From positions 295,544-359,543 of the forward strand of contig JBAZVG010000001.1 in assembly GCA_041661005.1 (NCBI GenBank): 64,000 bases of DNA. The letters are read 5' to 3'. The position numbers and the translations under genes are program-made. Positions 52,014 through 61,229 of this stretch are shown here, piece by piece. Positions within the stretch are counted from its first letter, which is position 1. Each line of letters starts with the position of its first letter. Under the pieces are notes generated by a model. It ran no database searches and had not been told where the DNA came from. It was given only the letters and a program-made list of their open reading frames with translations. The DNA comes from Minisyncoccota bacterium (lineage in GTDB: Bacteria > Patescibacteriota > Minisyncoccia > Phycocordibacterales > UBA9973).

Positions 52014-52207
52014 GGACTACCCTTGCTCAAGGTACACTTCGCGTGCAACATATGATGTGAGCCACAATAATTTGCTCGTCGTCACTCGCAAATTTTCCAG
52101 CCCCGGACTCAGTTGTTTTTCCTACTGGAAAAACATACTTCCGTCTTCACAAAGCACTAGAAAAAGAGCACAGCAGTGTGCTCTTTTTCTAGTGAGTGCT
52201 TTGTGAC
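52008..52207 (-). repeat. tRNA-Glu 3'-flanking repeat element, copy B (module X + conserved tail + 25-bp-stem hairpin with a 4-nt bulge)
   Basis: The reverse complement of 52081-52207 aligns to 20513-20640 with few substitutions. 52008-52070 matches 48612-48678. Confidence 0.75.
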
Positions 52208-52275
52208 CCCACAGAGAATCGAACTCTGATTACCGGATTGAAAACCCGATGTCCTAACCGTTAGACGATGGGGCC
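52204..52275 (-). tRNA. tRNA-Glu (anticodon UUC)
   Basis: Hand-folded. Acceptor GGCCCCA/TGGGGTC; D-stem GTCT/GGAC; anticodon stem TCGGG/TCCGG with loop TTTTCAA; T-stem CAGAG/CTCTG with loop TTCGATT; discriminator A. Confidence 0.8.
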
Positions 52276-52853
52276 AAAATATTTAATCAGCCAAAATATA
52301 ATAACATTTTTATATCTAATTGCAAAAACAAAAGTACGGCCCGCCAGGAAAACCCAGCGAGCCGCACGCGACCAAAATCACAACACGAGGGAAAACTATG
52401 CCCTTCTTTGGATCAAACCAGGAGAACTGGCGCTCCTGATAGCGTCCAAGTGACCATTCCAGGCCGACAGACTCCCGAAATACAAAAATTCCCCTGGGCG
52501 AACGTCAACCTTACGGAAGACTGGCCCTGGATGGGTCCTCTTCCCGGTGATCCGCATGAGATCTTCCGTGGTCGTAATGTCGGGAATGATGGTTGGGGTT
52601 TCTGCGATTGTCGGTATTCCCGACGATGCTGATCTTGCACTCATTTTACTTATTGTTTGTGGAACATTCTTACCAGCTACTACTTTTTTTCATCTTCCAG
52701 AGACTCGTTTGCTCTCAGAAAGACTGTCTCAACGCTGGATTGAGACAAAAATCTAATTTCACTAAAATAATACCTCGCATTTCATACTTTGTCCAGACTG
52801 CATGTGCATAACCTCCCTGTCATTGATAACACGCCTCCAATTACATATAATCT

Positions 52854-53468
52854 TTGAATATGGACGAGAAACTAGACATGGCGCAAGAACTGAAAAATAT
52901 CCATGAGAAATGGAAAAAAGAATGTCAATGCGAGCTCAAAAAGACTGCCACGCAAGCAGTGCCTGGAGATGGCAGTCCCGATGCAAATATTGTCTTTATC
53001 GGTGAAGCGCCGGGACGTTCGGAAGACAAACTCGGTCGTCCATTTGTCGGATCCGCGGGGAAATTTTTAGATGAGATGTTGGGGGTCATAGATTTAAAAA
53101 GAGAAGAAATATACATCACCAACATAGTGAAATATCGCCCGCCAAACAATCGCGATCCCCTGCCAGAAGAAAAGTCCGCCTGTCGAGAGTGGCTACTCGA
53201 AGAACTGAAAATAATTAAACCCAAACTTGTAATATTCTTGGGTCGACATGCGATGAATAATTTTTTTCCTGATTTACAGATATCCAAAGCTCATGGAAAA
53301 ATGCTAGTGAAACCTTTCAAGGGCATATCCACAAAATATTTCTTCCCCCTTTATCATCCGGCGGCGGCTCTCTACGACGGTTCGATGCGTGAAATTTTAA
53401 TAGAAGATTTCAAAAAAATTCCAAAGGTTTTAAAAGAAATTGAAAAACGTGAAAAAAATAACTCTTAG
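52854..53468 (+). CDS. Uracil-DNA glycosylase, family 4
   Basis: 'GEAPGRSEDKLGRPFVGSAGKFLDEML' (GEAPG...E....G.PFVG.AG) and a C-terminal H-motif region. Confidence 0.8.
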   Translation: MNMDEKLDMAQELKNIHEKWKKECQCELKKTATQAVPGDGSPDANIVFIGEAPGRSEDKLGRPFVGSAGKFLDEMLGVIDLKREEIYITNIVKYRPPNNRDPLPEEKSACREWLLEELKIIKPKLVIFLGRHAMNNFFPDLQISKAHGKMLVKPFKGISTKYFFPLYHPAAALYDGSMREILIEDFKKIPKVLKEIEKREKNNS

Positions 53469-54235
53469 TGTATACTAGAAAATATATGGATAAAGATGAG
53501 GAAATTAGAATAGTAATCCTGGCTGCGGGCAAGGGCACTAGAATGAAAAGCGAACTACCAAAAGCGCTGGTAAAACTACGAGGAAAGCACATGATAAGAC
53601 ATTTGCTTGAATCGATTGATAAGATATCTCTAAATTCAAAACCTATTGTGGTAGTCGGACACGAGAAAGAGCTGGTAATGAAAGAGCTGGGTAATAAATA
53701 TGAATACGTAATACAAGAAGAACAGCTGGGCACCGGACATGCTGTTATGGTAACAGAAAATGCCTGCAAAAATGCAAAAAATATAATTGTAATATCTGGA
53801 GATCAACCATTTTTGAAAAGTGAGACCATAAAAAAATTATTTGAAAAACATAAAAATTCCAACGCTACTATTACCATAACCACGACAATACTTCCAGATT
53901 ATGAAGATTGGAGAAAAGCATTTTTAACTTATGGCAGAATAATAAGAACAAATGGAAAAATAATAGATAAAGAAATAAAGGATTGCACGGAAGAAGAATT
54001 AAAAATTAAGGAAGTTAATGTTTCCTGTTATGCATTTAAAACAGACTGGCTTTGGGATAAACTAAAAAAATTAGATAGAAATTCAAACTCACAAAGAGAA
54101 TATCAGTTAACAGATTTATGGCAGATAGCCGGAAATGAAGGAGAAAAAATTGAAAGTATACAAGTAGACGCCAAAGAAACACTTGGAGTAAATTCTAAGG
54201 AAGAACTGGAAACACTGGAGAAATTAATAGCATAG
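53468..54235 (+). CDS. Nucleotidyltransferase (GlmU N-terminal-like / NTP_transferase domain)
   Basis: 'IVILAAGKGTRMKSELPKALVKLRGKHMI' (G.G.R signature) and 'GTGHAV'. 255 aa with no acetyltransferase hexapeptide domain. Confidence 0.6.
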   Translation: MYTRKYMDKDEEIRIVILAAGKGTRMKSELPKALVKLRGKHMIRHLLESIDKISLNSKPIVVVGHEKELVMKELGNKYEYVIQEEQLGTGHAVMVTENACKNAKNIIVISGDQPFLKSETIKKLFEKHKNSNATITITTTILPDYEDWRKAFLTYGRIIRTNGKIIDKEIKDCTEEELKIKEVNVSCYAFKTDWLWDKLKKLDRNSNSQREYQLTDLWQIAGNEGEKIESIQVDAKETLGVNSKEELETLEKLIA

Positions 54236-54325
54236 CTTTATCTAAGCACTTCTTGGAATCAAAGATGAAAATGTAAATTTGGCAAATATCTTGCTTATTC
54301 GTACCATTGATATTATAATAGAGGA

Positions 54326-55018
54326 ATGATATCAAAGTGGTTCGAATTAAAATCAAAAGCTATGTATTTAAGAAAACAAGGAAAATCAATCCGAGATATT
54401 GAAACATCTTTGGGTATTCCCCGTTCCACCCTTAGCGGATGGTTCAAAAATGTAAAACTAACTACTTCACAATACAGATCACTGAAAAATAAAAACAGAA
54501 AAGCTTTAATAGAAGCAAGAAAAAAAGCTATCGTTTGGCATAACCAACAAAAAACAAAAAGATTAGAATTAGCAGAAAAAGAAGCTGGAAAAACTTTATC
54601 GAAAATAAAGACTAATCAAGAAATTATCGAATTGGGACTTGCTCTTTTATATCTCGGTGAGGGATCTAAGAAATCCACGACAACTGGTATGGGAAATTCC
54701 GATCCATTAATACTAAAATTCTTCTTGAAAGTAATGACAGACATTTACAAAATAGATATAGAAAAAATTAGATTTGATATACATATTCGTGCTGATCAAA
54801 ATCCAGAACTAATAAAAAATTACTGGTCTAGGGGATTAAATGCTCCTTTAATTAGATTTAAAACTGTATCTATAGATAAAAGAACCATTGGAAAACCTAC
54901 TTACCCAGACTATAAAGGAGTATGCGTAATTGTTTGTGGCAACATTGCTGTGCAAAGAAAATTAGTATATATTGGTAGAAAGTTTTGCGAAAAAGTATTG
55001 GAAAATCTGGGCGGTTAG
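54326..55018 (+). CDS. Hypothetical protein with N-terminal HTH; possible degenerate LAGLIDADG-like segment
   Basis: 'RKQGKSIRDIETSLGIPRSTLSGWFKN' HTH. 'LLYLGEGSK' weakly resembles LAGLIDADG. Its stop overlaps the tRNA-Val start. Confidence 0.35.
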   Translation: MISKWFELKSKAMYLRKQGKSIRDIETSLGIPRSTLSGWFKNVKLTTSQYRSLKNKNRKALIEARKKAIVWHNQQKTKRLELAEKEAGKTLSKIKTNQEIIELGLALLYLGEGSKKSTTTGMGNSDPLILKFFLKVMTDIYKIDIEKIRFDIHIRADQNPELIKNYWSRGLNAPLIRFKTVSIDKRTIGKPTYPDYKGVCVIVCGNIAVQRKLVYIGRKFCEKVLENLGG

Positions 55019-55082
55019 CTCATTTGGCTAGAGCGTGTCGTTGACGTCGACAAGGTAACAAGTTCGAGTCTTGTACCGCCCA
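55009..55082 (+). tRNA. tRNA-Val (anticodon GAC)
   Basis: Hand-folded. Acceptor GGGCGGT/ACCGCCC; D-stem GCTC/GAGC; anticodon stem TGTCG/CGACA with loop TTGACGT; T-stem ACAAG/CTTGT with loop TTCGAGT; discriminator A. Confidence 0.85.
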
Positions 55083-55118
55083 CCTTAAGCAAAATTATTC
55101 CTGACCACAATATAATTT

Positions 55119-56213
55119 ATGAAAATACTTTCGATCGAAACATCCTGCGACGATACATGCATAAGCATATTTGAAGTAAAGAGAGGAGTGAAAAATGCTA
55201 CCTTCAAAGTTTTAGCAAACAATTCAAATTCGCAAATACAAATTCATATCCCCTATGGCGGTGTTTATCCGGTGCTTGCCAAAAGAGAGCACGCAAAAAA
55301 TCTGCCCATTATATTAGAAGCCAGCCTAAAACAAGCAAAGTTGAATAAAGAAAAAAAGCCAGTCGATGCTATAGCCGTCACTTATGGTCCGGGCCTCGAG
55401 ATGTGCCTTTGGGAAGGAATCATTTTTGCGAAAAATCTGGCAGAAAAATGGAATGTGCCTTTAATACCGACAAACCATATGGAAGGACATGTGCTTTCGG
55501 TTTTTGGGAAAAATAAAGGAAAATTCTCAATTCCCCAAGTCAAAACTCCGATACTTTCCCTGCTGGTTTCCGGTGGACACACTCAACTAGTGCTTTGTAA
55601 AAAACCAGCCTCGACTAGGCCAAATCTAGACGGGTGGATGCAATATGAAATAATCGGCGAAACTTTGGATGATGCCGTCGGTGAAGCCTTTGATAAAGTG
55701 GCGAGAATGCTGGACCTGCCTTACCCCGGCGGACCACAGATTTCCAAACTAGCAGAAGGACTCAGAACAAAAAAACATATTTCAAAAATAAAATTTCCCA
55801 GACCGATGTTCCATAGTAAAAATCTAGATTTCTCATTCTCAGGTTTGAAGACTTCAGTATTATATTTTATTCAAAAAAATAAATCTTTTAAAAAAGCAGA
55901 AGTAGCACTTGAATTTGAAAACGCCGTAGTGGAAACTTTGATTCATAAAACAAAAAAAGCGATAGAAAAATATAAAATCAAAACAATTATAGTCGCCGGA
56001 GGAGTGGCTTGCAATAAACATTTACAAAGAGAAATGAAAAAATTGTCCAGTGGACAATCAAAACAAAAAATAAAATTTCTCTTTCCTAAAGAAGGTCTCG
56101 CAGGAGACAATTCCATAATGATCGGCATTGCCGGATATTTGAACTACATAAAAAACAAAAAGAAGGTCCCCAAACCAAACAGCATCAAAGCAATCGGCAA
56201 TTTAAGACTCTAA
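55119..56213 (+). CDS. tsaD: tRNA N6-adenosine threonylcarbamoyltransferase TsaD (Kae1/YgjD)
   Basis: 'ILSIETSCDDTCISI', His pair 'HMEGHVL', 'LLVSGGHTQLV'. Confidence 0.85.
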   Translation: MKILSIETSCDDTCISIFEVKRGVKNATFKVLANNSNSQIQIHIPYGGVYPVLAKREHAKNLPIILEASLKQAKLNKEKKPVDAIAVTYGPGLEMCLWEGIIFAKNLAEKWNVPLIPTNHMEGHVLSVFGKNKGKFSIPQVKTPILSLLVSGGHTQLVLCKKPASTRPNLDGWMQYEIIGETLDDAVGEAFDKVARMLDLPYPGGPQISKLAEGLRTKKHISKIKFPRPMFHSKNLDFSFSGLKTSVLYFIQKNKSFKKAEVALEFENAVVETLIHKTKKAIEKYKIKTIIVAGGVACNKHLQREMKKLSSGQSKQKIKFLFPKEGLAGDNSIMIGIAGYLNYIKNKKKVPKPNSIKAIGNLRL

Positions 56214-56245
56214 CCTCGCCAAAAGACGGACAGGTGTGATATTAT

Positions 56246-58450
56246 TTGAATATGGACGACAAACTGCGAGAAAAACTGCTCAAGCCTTATGACCCTAAAG
56301 AAACCGAAGAAAGAATCTACAAGCTATGGGAGGATAGCGGTTTTTTTAACCCAGATGTCTGTATCGAAAAAGGAATAACTGAAGCTAATGCTAAGCCTTT
56401 TACTATAATAATGCCTCCACCAAATGCAAATGGAAGATTGCACGCAGGTCATGCCCTGTTTGTGACCCTTGAAGACATAATGACAAGATACCATCGTATG
56501 AAGGGTGACCGCACTTTGTGGGTTCCCGGAGCTGACCATGCTGGTTTTGAAACTCAAATTGTTTATGAGAGAAAACTAGAAAAAGAAGGGCGCTCAAGAT
56601 TTGAAATGACACCAGAAGATTTATATAAAGAAATTTATGACTTTACAATTACAAATAAAAAATTCATGGAAGATGATATTCGTAGACTAGGAGCATCTTG
56701 TGATTGGTCTAGGGAAAAATTTACATTAGACCCAGACATTGTAAAAACAGTTCAAAATACTTTTGATAAAATGTTTAACGACGGATTAATTTATCGTGGT
56801 GATCGTATTGTAAACTGGTGTGCAAAACATCAAACTTCCCTCTCTGAAGTTGAGACAGAATTTGAAGAACGCACAGAACCATTTTATTATCTTCAATATG
56901 GCCCATTTGTAATAAGCACTTCTAGGCCAGAAACAAAATTTGGAGATAAATATGTCGTAATGCATCCAAAAGATGAAAGATACAAGGAATACAAAGATGG
57001 ACAAAAAATTGATTTGGAATGGATCAACGGTCCCATTACCGCAACGGTGATCAAAGATGAAAGTATAGATATGGAATTTGGAACAGGAGTTATGACCATT
57101 ACCCCATGGCACGATCAAGTCGATTTTGAAATTTCAGAAAGGCATAATTTAGAAAAAGAACAGATTATAGATTGGAAAGGTAAGCTTTTACCTATCGCTG
57201 GGGAATTTACTGGTATTCATATTTCAAAAGCACGCACAAAAATCATTGAAAAATTAAAAGAAAAAGGGCTTTTGGTCAAAATTGATGAATCATACAAACA
57301 CAATGTGAAAGTATGTTTTAAGTGTAATACTGTTATTGAACCACAGATTAAAGACCAATGGTTTATTAAAATGCGTCCACTGGCAGATAAAGCACTAGAA
57401 GCAGTTGAAAGTGGAAAAATAAAATTCTACCCAGAAAATTATAAGAAAATTTTTCAATACTGGATGACCAATACCATTGATTGGAACATTTCAAGACAAA
57501 TCGTCTGGGGTATTCCTATCCCAGCCAAGATTTGTATTACTTGCAAAAAAGGATATTCAGACTTAAAAGATGAATTAAAGAAATGCACTTGTGGTAGCGA
57601 ACTAATAAAAGATACAGATACTTTTGATACATGGTTCTCTTCTGGTCAATGGACACTTCTTGCTCTTGGATATCCAGACACCAAAGAATTAGATATTTAT
57701 CATCCAACAGATGTTATGGAAACTGGACGCGATCTAATTTTTAAATGGATTCCTAGAATGGTTATTTTTGCTCTTTATCTTCGCAACGAAGTGGCTTTTA
57801 GAAATGTTTATTTACATGGATTAGTGAATGATGAAAAAGGAGAAAAAATGAGCAAGTCAAAAGGAAATGTTGTGAATCCAATTGAATTAGTAGATATTTT
57901 CGGAACAGATGCCTTAAGAATGGCATTAGTAGTCGGAAATACTCCAGGCACAGATTTATCACTCTCTAGAGATAGAGTTAAAGGCTATAAAAACTTTGCA
58001 AATAAAATTTGGAATGCAACACGTTTTGTTTTGGATAATACAAAAAACTTTACTGTCTCAGAAACTCCAAAATACGACGAAGAAGATAATAAGTCAGATG
58101 AAGAATTAAAAACTTTGATGGAAGAAATCACCAAAGAAATGGATGAGTATAAATTCTATATTGTATCTGAAAAACTTTATCATTATTTCTGGCACACTTT
58201 CGCAGACATTATCATCGAACGATCCAAAAAAAAGATTTTGGCCTCGCCCGTAGGCTCTGGTCCGAGGGAGAACAAAAACGCCGACTCGGCAAAGACGCTC
58301 CTATACACGCAACTGAATATGCTATTAAAAGCTCTACACCCCTTCACGCCTTTTGTTACGGAAGAAATCTGGTCTATGATGCCCGCTACCAATAAAAATC
58401 TTTTAATGGTTGAAAAATGGCCTGCCCCATCGGCAGATAAAACATGTTAA
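56246..58450 (+). CDS. valS: Valyl-tRNA synthetase (short form, 734 aa, no long C-terminal coiled coil)
   Basis: 'PPPNANGRLHAGHAL' (ValRS-type PPPN..G.LH.GHA), 'KMSKSKGN', CP1 editing region. tRNA-Val lies immediately upstream. Confidence 0.75.
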   Translation: MNMDDKLREKLLKPYDPKETEERIYKLWEDSGFFNPDVCIEKGITEANAKPFTIIMPPPNANGRLHAGHALFVTLEDIMTRYHRMKGDRTLWVPGADHAGFETQIVYERKLEKEGRSRFEMTPEDLYKEIYDFTITNKKFMEDDIRRLGASCDWSREKFTLDPDIVKTVQNTFDKMFNDGLIYRGDRIVNWCAKHQTSLSEVETEFEERTEPFYYLQYGPFVISTSRPETKFGDKYVVMHPKDERYKEYKDGQKIDLEWINGPITATVIKDESIDMEFGTGVMTITPWHDQVDFEISERHNLEKEQIIDWKGKLLPIAGEFTGIHISKARTKIIEKLKEKGLLVKIDESYKHNVKVCFKCNTVIEPQIKDQWFIKMRPLADKALEAVESGKIKFYPENYKKIFQYWMTNTIDWNISRQIVWGIPIPAKICITCKKGYSDLKDELKKCTCGSELIKDTDTFDTWFSSGQWTLLALGYPDTKELDIYHPTDVMETGRDLIFKWIPRMVIFALYLRNEVAFRNVYLHGLVNDEKGEKMSKSKGNVVNPIELVDIFGTDALRMALVVGNTPGTDLSLSRDRVKGYKNFANKIWNATRFVLDNTKNFTVSETPKYDEEDNKSDEELKTLMEEITKEMDEYKFYIVSEKLYHYFWHTFADIIIERSKKKILASPVGSGPRENKNADSAKTLLYTQLNMLLKALHPFTPFVTEEIWSMMPATNKNLLMVEKWPAPSADKTC

Positions 58451-59160
58451 CAGGCGATCCTAAAATTTTAAGCATAGCGTTTCTAGGTGGAATTATTCCA
58501 TCTCTTCTGTGGCTGTGGTTCTGGGTTAAGAAAGAAGAAAAAGAACCCGAGCCAAAAATAATCCTTTTGATGATTTTCCTTATGGGAATGGTAGCGGTCG
58601 TTTTTGTCCTGCCAATCCAAAAATTCATACAAGAGAACATTGGCTCGCGCGAATTTCAGATTATCCTGTGGGCGGGCGCAGAAGAAATGATTAAATATCT
58701 TGCCGTTATGATCATCCTTTTTAAAGCAACTCGCGTCCATGAACCCATAGATTGGCCTATCTACATGATCACCGCAGCCTTAGGCTTCGCAGCGCTGGAA
58801 AATGCCCTATTTTTGAAGCAATCGCTCTCTTTGGACCAGACTACGGTCGGGCTATTTACTGCCGCGTCGATAGGCCAGCTTCGATTTCTTGGATCAACTC
58901 TTCTTCATGCTGTCTCAAGTGGAATTCTCGGCATCGGATTAGGAATTTCGATCTACATGACAAAATTTAAGAGAAAATTATATATCTTTATCGGTTTAGT
59001 TTTGGCTATTGCCTTGCATAGTGTCTTTAATTTTTTTATAATGAAGATAAGATTAGATGATGGAAATGGTTTTTTGGAAATATTGAAAGTGTTTGCTTTC
59101 TTGTGGGTCGTCACTATCATTGTAATGTTACTTTTTGAAAAAATAAGAAGAATGAATTAA
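58444..59160 (+). CDS. PrsW-family intramembrane metalloprotease
   Basis: Multi-TM with 'AGAEEMIKYLAV' (EExxK), 'FAALENALF' (FxxxE), 'LLHAVSSG' (H) motifs. Confidence 0.55.
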   Translation: MLTGDPKILSIAFLGGIIPSLLWLWFWVKKEEKEPEPKIILLMIFLMGMVAVVFVLPIQKFIQENIGSREFQIILWAGAEEMIKYLAVMIILFKATRVHEPIDWPIYMITAALGFAALENALFLKQSLSLDQTTVGLFTAASIGQLRFLGSTLLHAVSSGILGIGLGISIYMTKFKRKLYIFIGLVLAIALHSVFNFFIMKIRLDDGNGFLEILKVFAFLWVVTIIVMLLFEKIRRMN

Positions 59161-59184
59161 GATTATCAACTAAATAAAATTTTT

Positions 59185-59664
59185 ATGGATAAAAAAAGAA
59201 GTTTTTGGGAGAGATTGACTGGAAGCGTTAATGTCGAGGAGAAATACGAAGAACCAAAGAAAAATTCAATGGCAGGCAGTAATGGAGGCAGGAAAGACAA
59301 GAAGAACGGCAACTGGATCGAAGAAGAAAACGAAGAAGCAGAATTGGCGGTAGATGTTTACCAGTCTGGAACAAATATAATCGTGGAAACCATGGTTGCT
59401 GGAGTTAAACCAGAAGACTTGGAGCTGTCAATCGCCCGCGACATGGTCACCATCGTCGGCAAACGTGAAGAACATCGAAATATAGACGAAGAAAATTATT
59501 TTACAAAAGAACTCTATTGGGGGAAATTTTCCCGCACCATATCTCTTCCTCAAGAGATAGAACCGGAAGAAGTCGAGGCGACGGAACGCCATGGCCTTCT
59601 CACCATTCGCCTGCAGAAAGTGGATAAAGATAAGAAAAACAATATAAAAGTAAGGTCAATCTAG
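59185..59664 (+). CDS. Hsp20/alpha-crystallin small heat-shock protein
   Basis: ACD core 'VDVYQSGTNIIVETMVAGVKPEDLELSI...FSRTISLPQEIEPEEVEATERHGLLTIRL'. Confidence 0.8.
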   Translation: MDKKRSFWERLTGSVNVEEKYEEPKKNSMAGSNGGRKDKKNGNWIEEENEEAELAVDVYQSGTNIIVETMVAGVKPEDLELSIARDMVTIVGKREEHRNIDEENYFTKELYWGKFSRTISLPQEIEPEEVEATERHGLLTIRLQKVDKDKKNNIKVRSI

Positions 59665-59699
59665 TAAATATTTTTTGTGGTGTGTCTTTTAAACTCGGC

Positions 59700-60360
59700 T
59701 AGAACTTATTTCATTAAAAATTCGGCGGAAACCCGAAATGTAAACAAGGTCTCGGTTTTGCTAAAGCGATTCTTGGGGAAATGATTTAGCAAAACCTCGG
59801 CTAATATTTTCTTAAATTCGGCGAGATTCCGAATTCTGCCCGCAGGGGGTTTGGGGGAATGCGGGAAACTCAAAATTCAAAATGCTCGGTGCCTTCGTTC
59901 ATCATATCATATTGTGTTTGGTCTAAAGGAATACACCCGAGGCATCCGCCTCGGGAATTTCCGCTAGGGCTACGAGCGCCAGTTCTAGGAGCGGATTTTG
60001 CCGAACGGCTCAAATACCAGGAAATGAGCCGTTCAAGCAAAAACCCGCAACTGGTTGGGGAGAGGATTCTCCTCTCCCCAGTGCGTTGCCTCGGTTCGTG
60101 CTCGTTTCACTCGCATCCCGCAGAGCGGGACAGGGCTCACCCCACCCGGCCGCACAAACCCCTCTCAGGTTTTTCATGTCCGTGTTTAGTGTGTCGCTTT
60201 CGCTACGATACTTTGTATTGCATATCACTCAGGCGCTCGTCTTTAGCCCAGACACCCTAGCGGAAATTCCCGAAGGCGCAATGCACTCGTGCTTGCCCCG
60301 AGTTTGCGGTTACGCAAACTCACCCCACCCGTGCGTGCACGCGGGAACTCACTCCCTTAT
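59700..60360. other. GC-rich (~52%) hairpin-dense non-coding region; candidate large structured RNA or foreign DNA remnant
   Basis: Many perfect hairpins (GGTTTTGCTAAA..TTTAGCAAAACC; GGGGAGAGGA-TT-CTCCTCTCCCC; GAACGGCTCA..TGAGCCGTTC; CCCGAGGC-ATCC-GCCTCGGG; AATTCGG..CCGAATT). Internal repeat 'CTCACCCCACCCG'. Only short overlapping ORFs on both strands. Confidence 0.3.
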
Positions 60361-60369
60361 TTTATTAAT

Positions 60370-60560
60370 TAATTTGCATTCATCTTGGCTTTAGTCTTCG
60401 GACCAATCAGTCCATCTGGAACTAAACCAAGATGTAGTTTGTCATTCAAGAATCTCTGAAGTTCCTTGACAACTCCACCCAAACTCCAGAGTCGGAGGGT
60501 GACGGTTCCGAGGTTGTAAGTATTAGTAGTAGTTGCTGTAGACAATTGTTGACAACACTA
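60370..60560 (-). pseudogene. Remnant of a peptidoglycan-binding (PG_binding_1-like) domain, duplicated from the 3' end of the 61230-63938 gene
   Basis: Minus-strand translation gives '...TYNLGTVTLRLWSLGGVVKELQRFLNDKLHLGLVPDGLIGPKTKAKMNAN*'. This parallels the C-terminus 'NYNLGTVTLRLWSRGEAVKELQRFLNDKLNLGLVLDG...GPKTKAMMNAQ', with an internal deletion and no start codon. Confidence 0.5.
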
Positions 60561-60615
60561 CTCTTTTTACTAAAATAGTCAGATGAAAAAATTACAAACT
60601 TTTTCTTTTTCAAAA

Positions 60616-61212
60616 TCAGTAGTGGCCCCAACATTCAGCCCCAGGCGTATAAATAGACCAAGCTGTAACATTACTGCCATCTCCCGAACCACTGCAACTT
60701 CCTGAAAAAGGTTGGTTACCTCCTACATTCTTTGGTCCACCGTCATATACTGGGTCAGCATGATTTTTAAGAAGGTCGGGATTCTCAGGATTCAAAAACA
60801 GAAGTTTAAAATCTGTTCCATCGCTCGCATAAAGATATTTTCTAGTTACTGGTACACCATAGCATGTTTTCGAAGGATCGTTGGGTACATCTTTCATATA
60901 CGGTTCCATCGCAGTTTTAAATGGAAGAGACCAATCATTACTACTCACACAACTATAATCTCTTTTACAATGAGAAACCCCAGCTAAATCATGACATCCA
61001 GTAGTAATAGGTATATAATAACCACCACCATGATCCGCGGCATAAAGTTCTACGGCAATATGCATCTGTTCTAAATCATTTATTCTTACAGCATCTCTAG
61101 TTTTAGCTCTAGCACTATTAAGTGAGCTCAAAACTATACTCGACAAAAGACCTATTATTGAGACTACTACAAGAAGTTCTATCAGTGTAAATCCTTTCGT
61201 GTTTAATTTCAT
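60616..61212 (-). CDS. Type IV pilin / pseudopilin
   Basis: Class III signal peptide 'MKLNTKGFTLIELLVVVSIIGLL' (G^FTLIE prepilin cleavage/methylation site), then a Cys-containing globular domain. Confidence 0.75.
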   Translation of the reverse strand: MKLNTKGFTLIELLVVVSIIGLLSSIVLSSLNSARAKTRDAVRINDLEQMHIAVELYAADHGGGYYIPITTGCHDLAGVSHCKRDYSCVSSNDWSLPFKTAMEPYMKDVPNDPSKTCYGVPVTRKYLYASDGTDFKLLFLNPENPDLLKNHADPVYDGGPKNVGGNQPFSGSCSGSGDGSNVTAWSIYTPGAECWGHY

Positions 61213-61229
61213 AAAATATTTTCATTTTC

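Noticed and set aside
52396-52811. Cluster of 60-80-aa ORFs on both strands (52396-52644, 52408-52632, 52413-52640, 52547-52756, 52593-52811)
   Set aside because: Mutually overlapping in all frames within a GC-rich patch, a typical artefact of high-GC non-coding or decayed DNA. No motifs.
59700-60360. Assignment of the GC-rich structured region, or of 33380-33705 or 29437-31394, to RNase P RNA, tmRNA or SRP RNA
   Set aside because: I could not find the conserved P4 'AGGAAAGUCCGG/ACAGAA', the tmRNA 5' GGGG...3' tRNA-like CCA end, or the SRP 'GGAAGCAGCC' motifs by eye. Left unassigned pending cmscan.
59859-60394. ORFs 59859-60260 (+), 60010-60228 (-) and 60086-60394 (+)
   Set aside because: They overlap one another inside the hairpin-dense GC-rich region. 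The Cys/Arg/Pro-rich translations are typical of GC-rich non-coding sequence.
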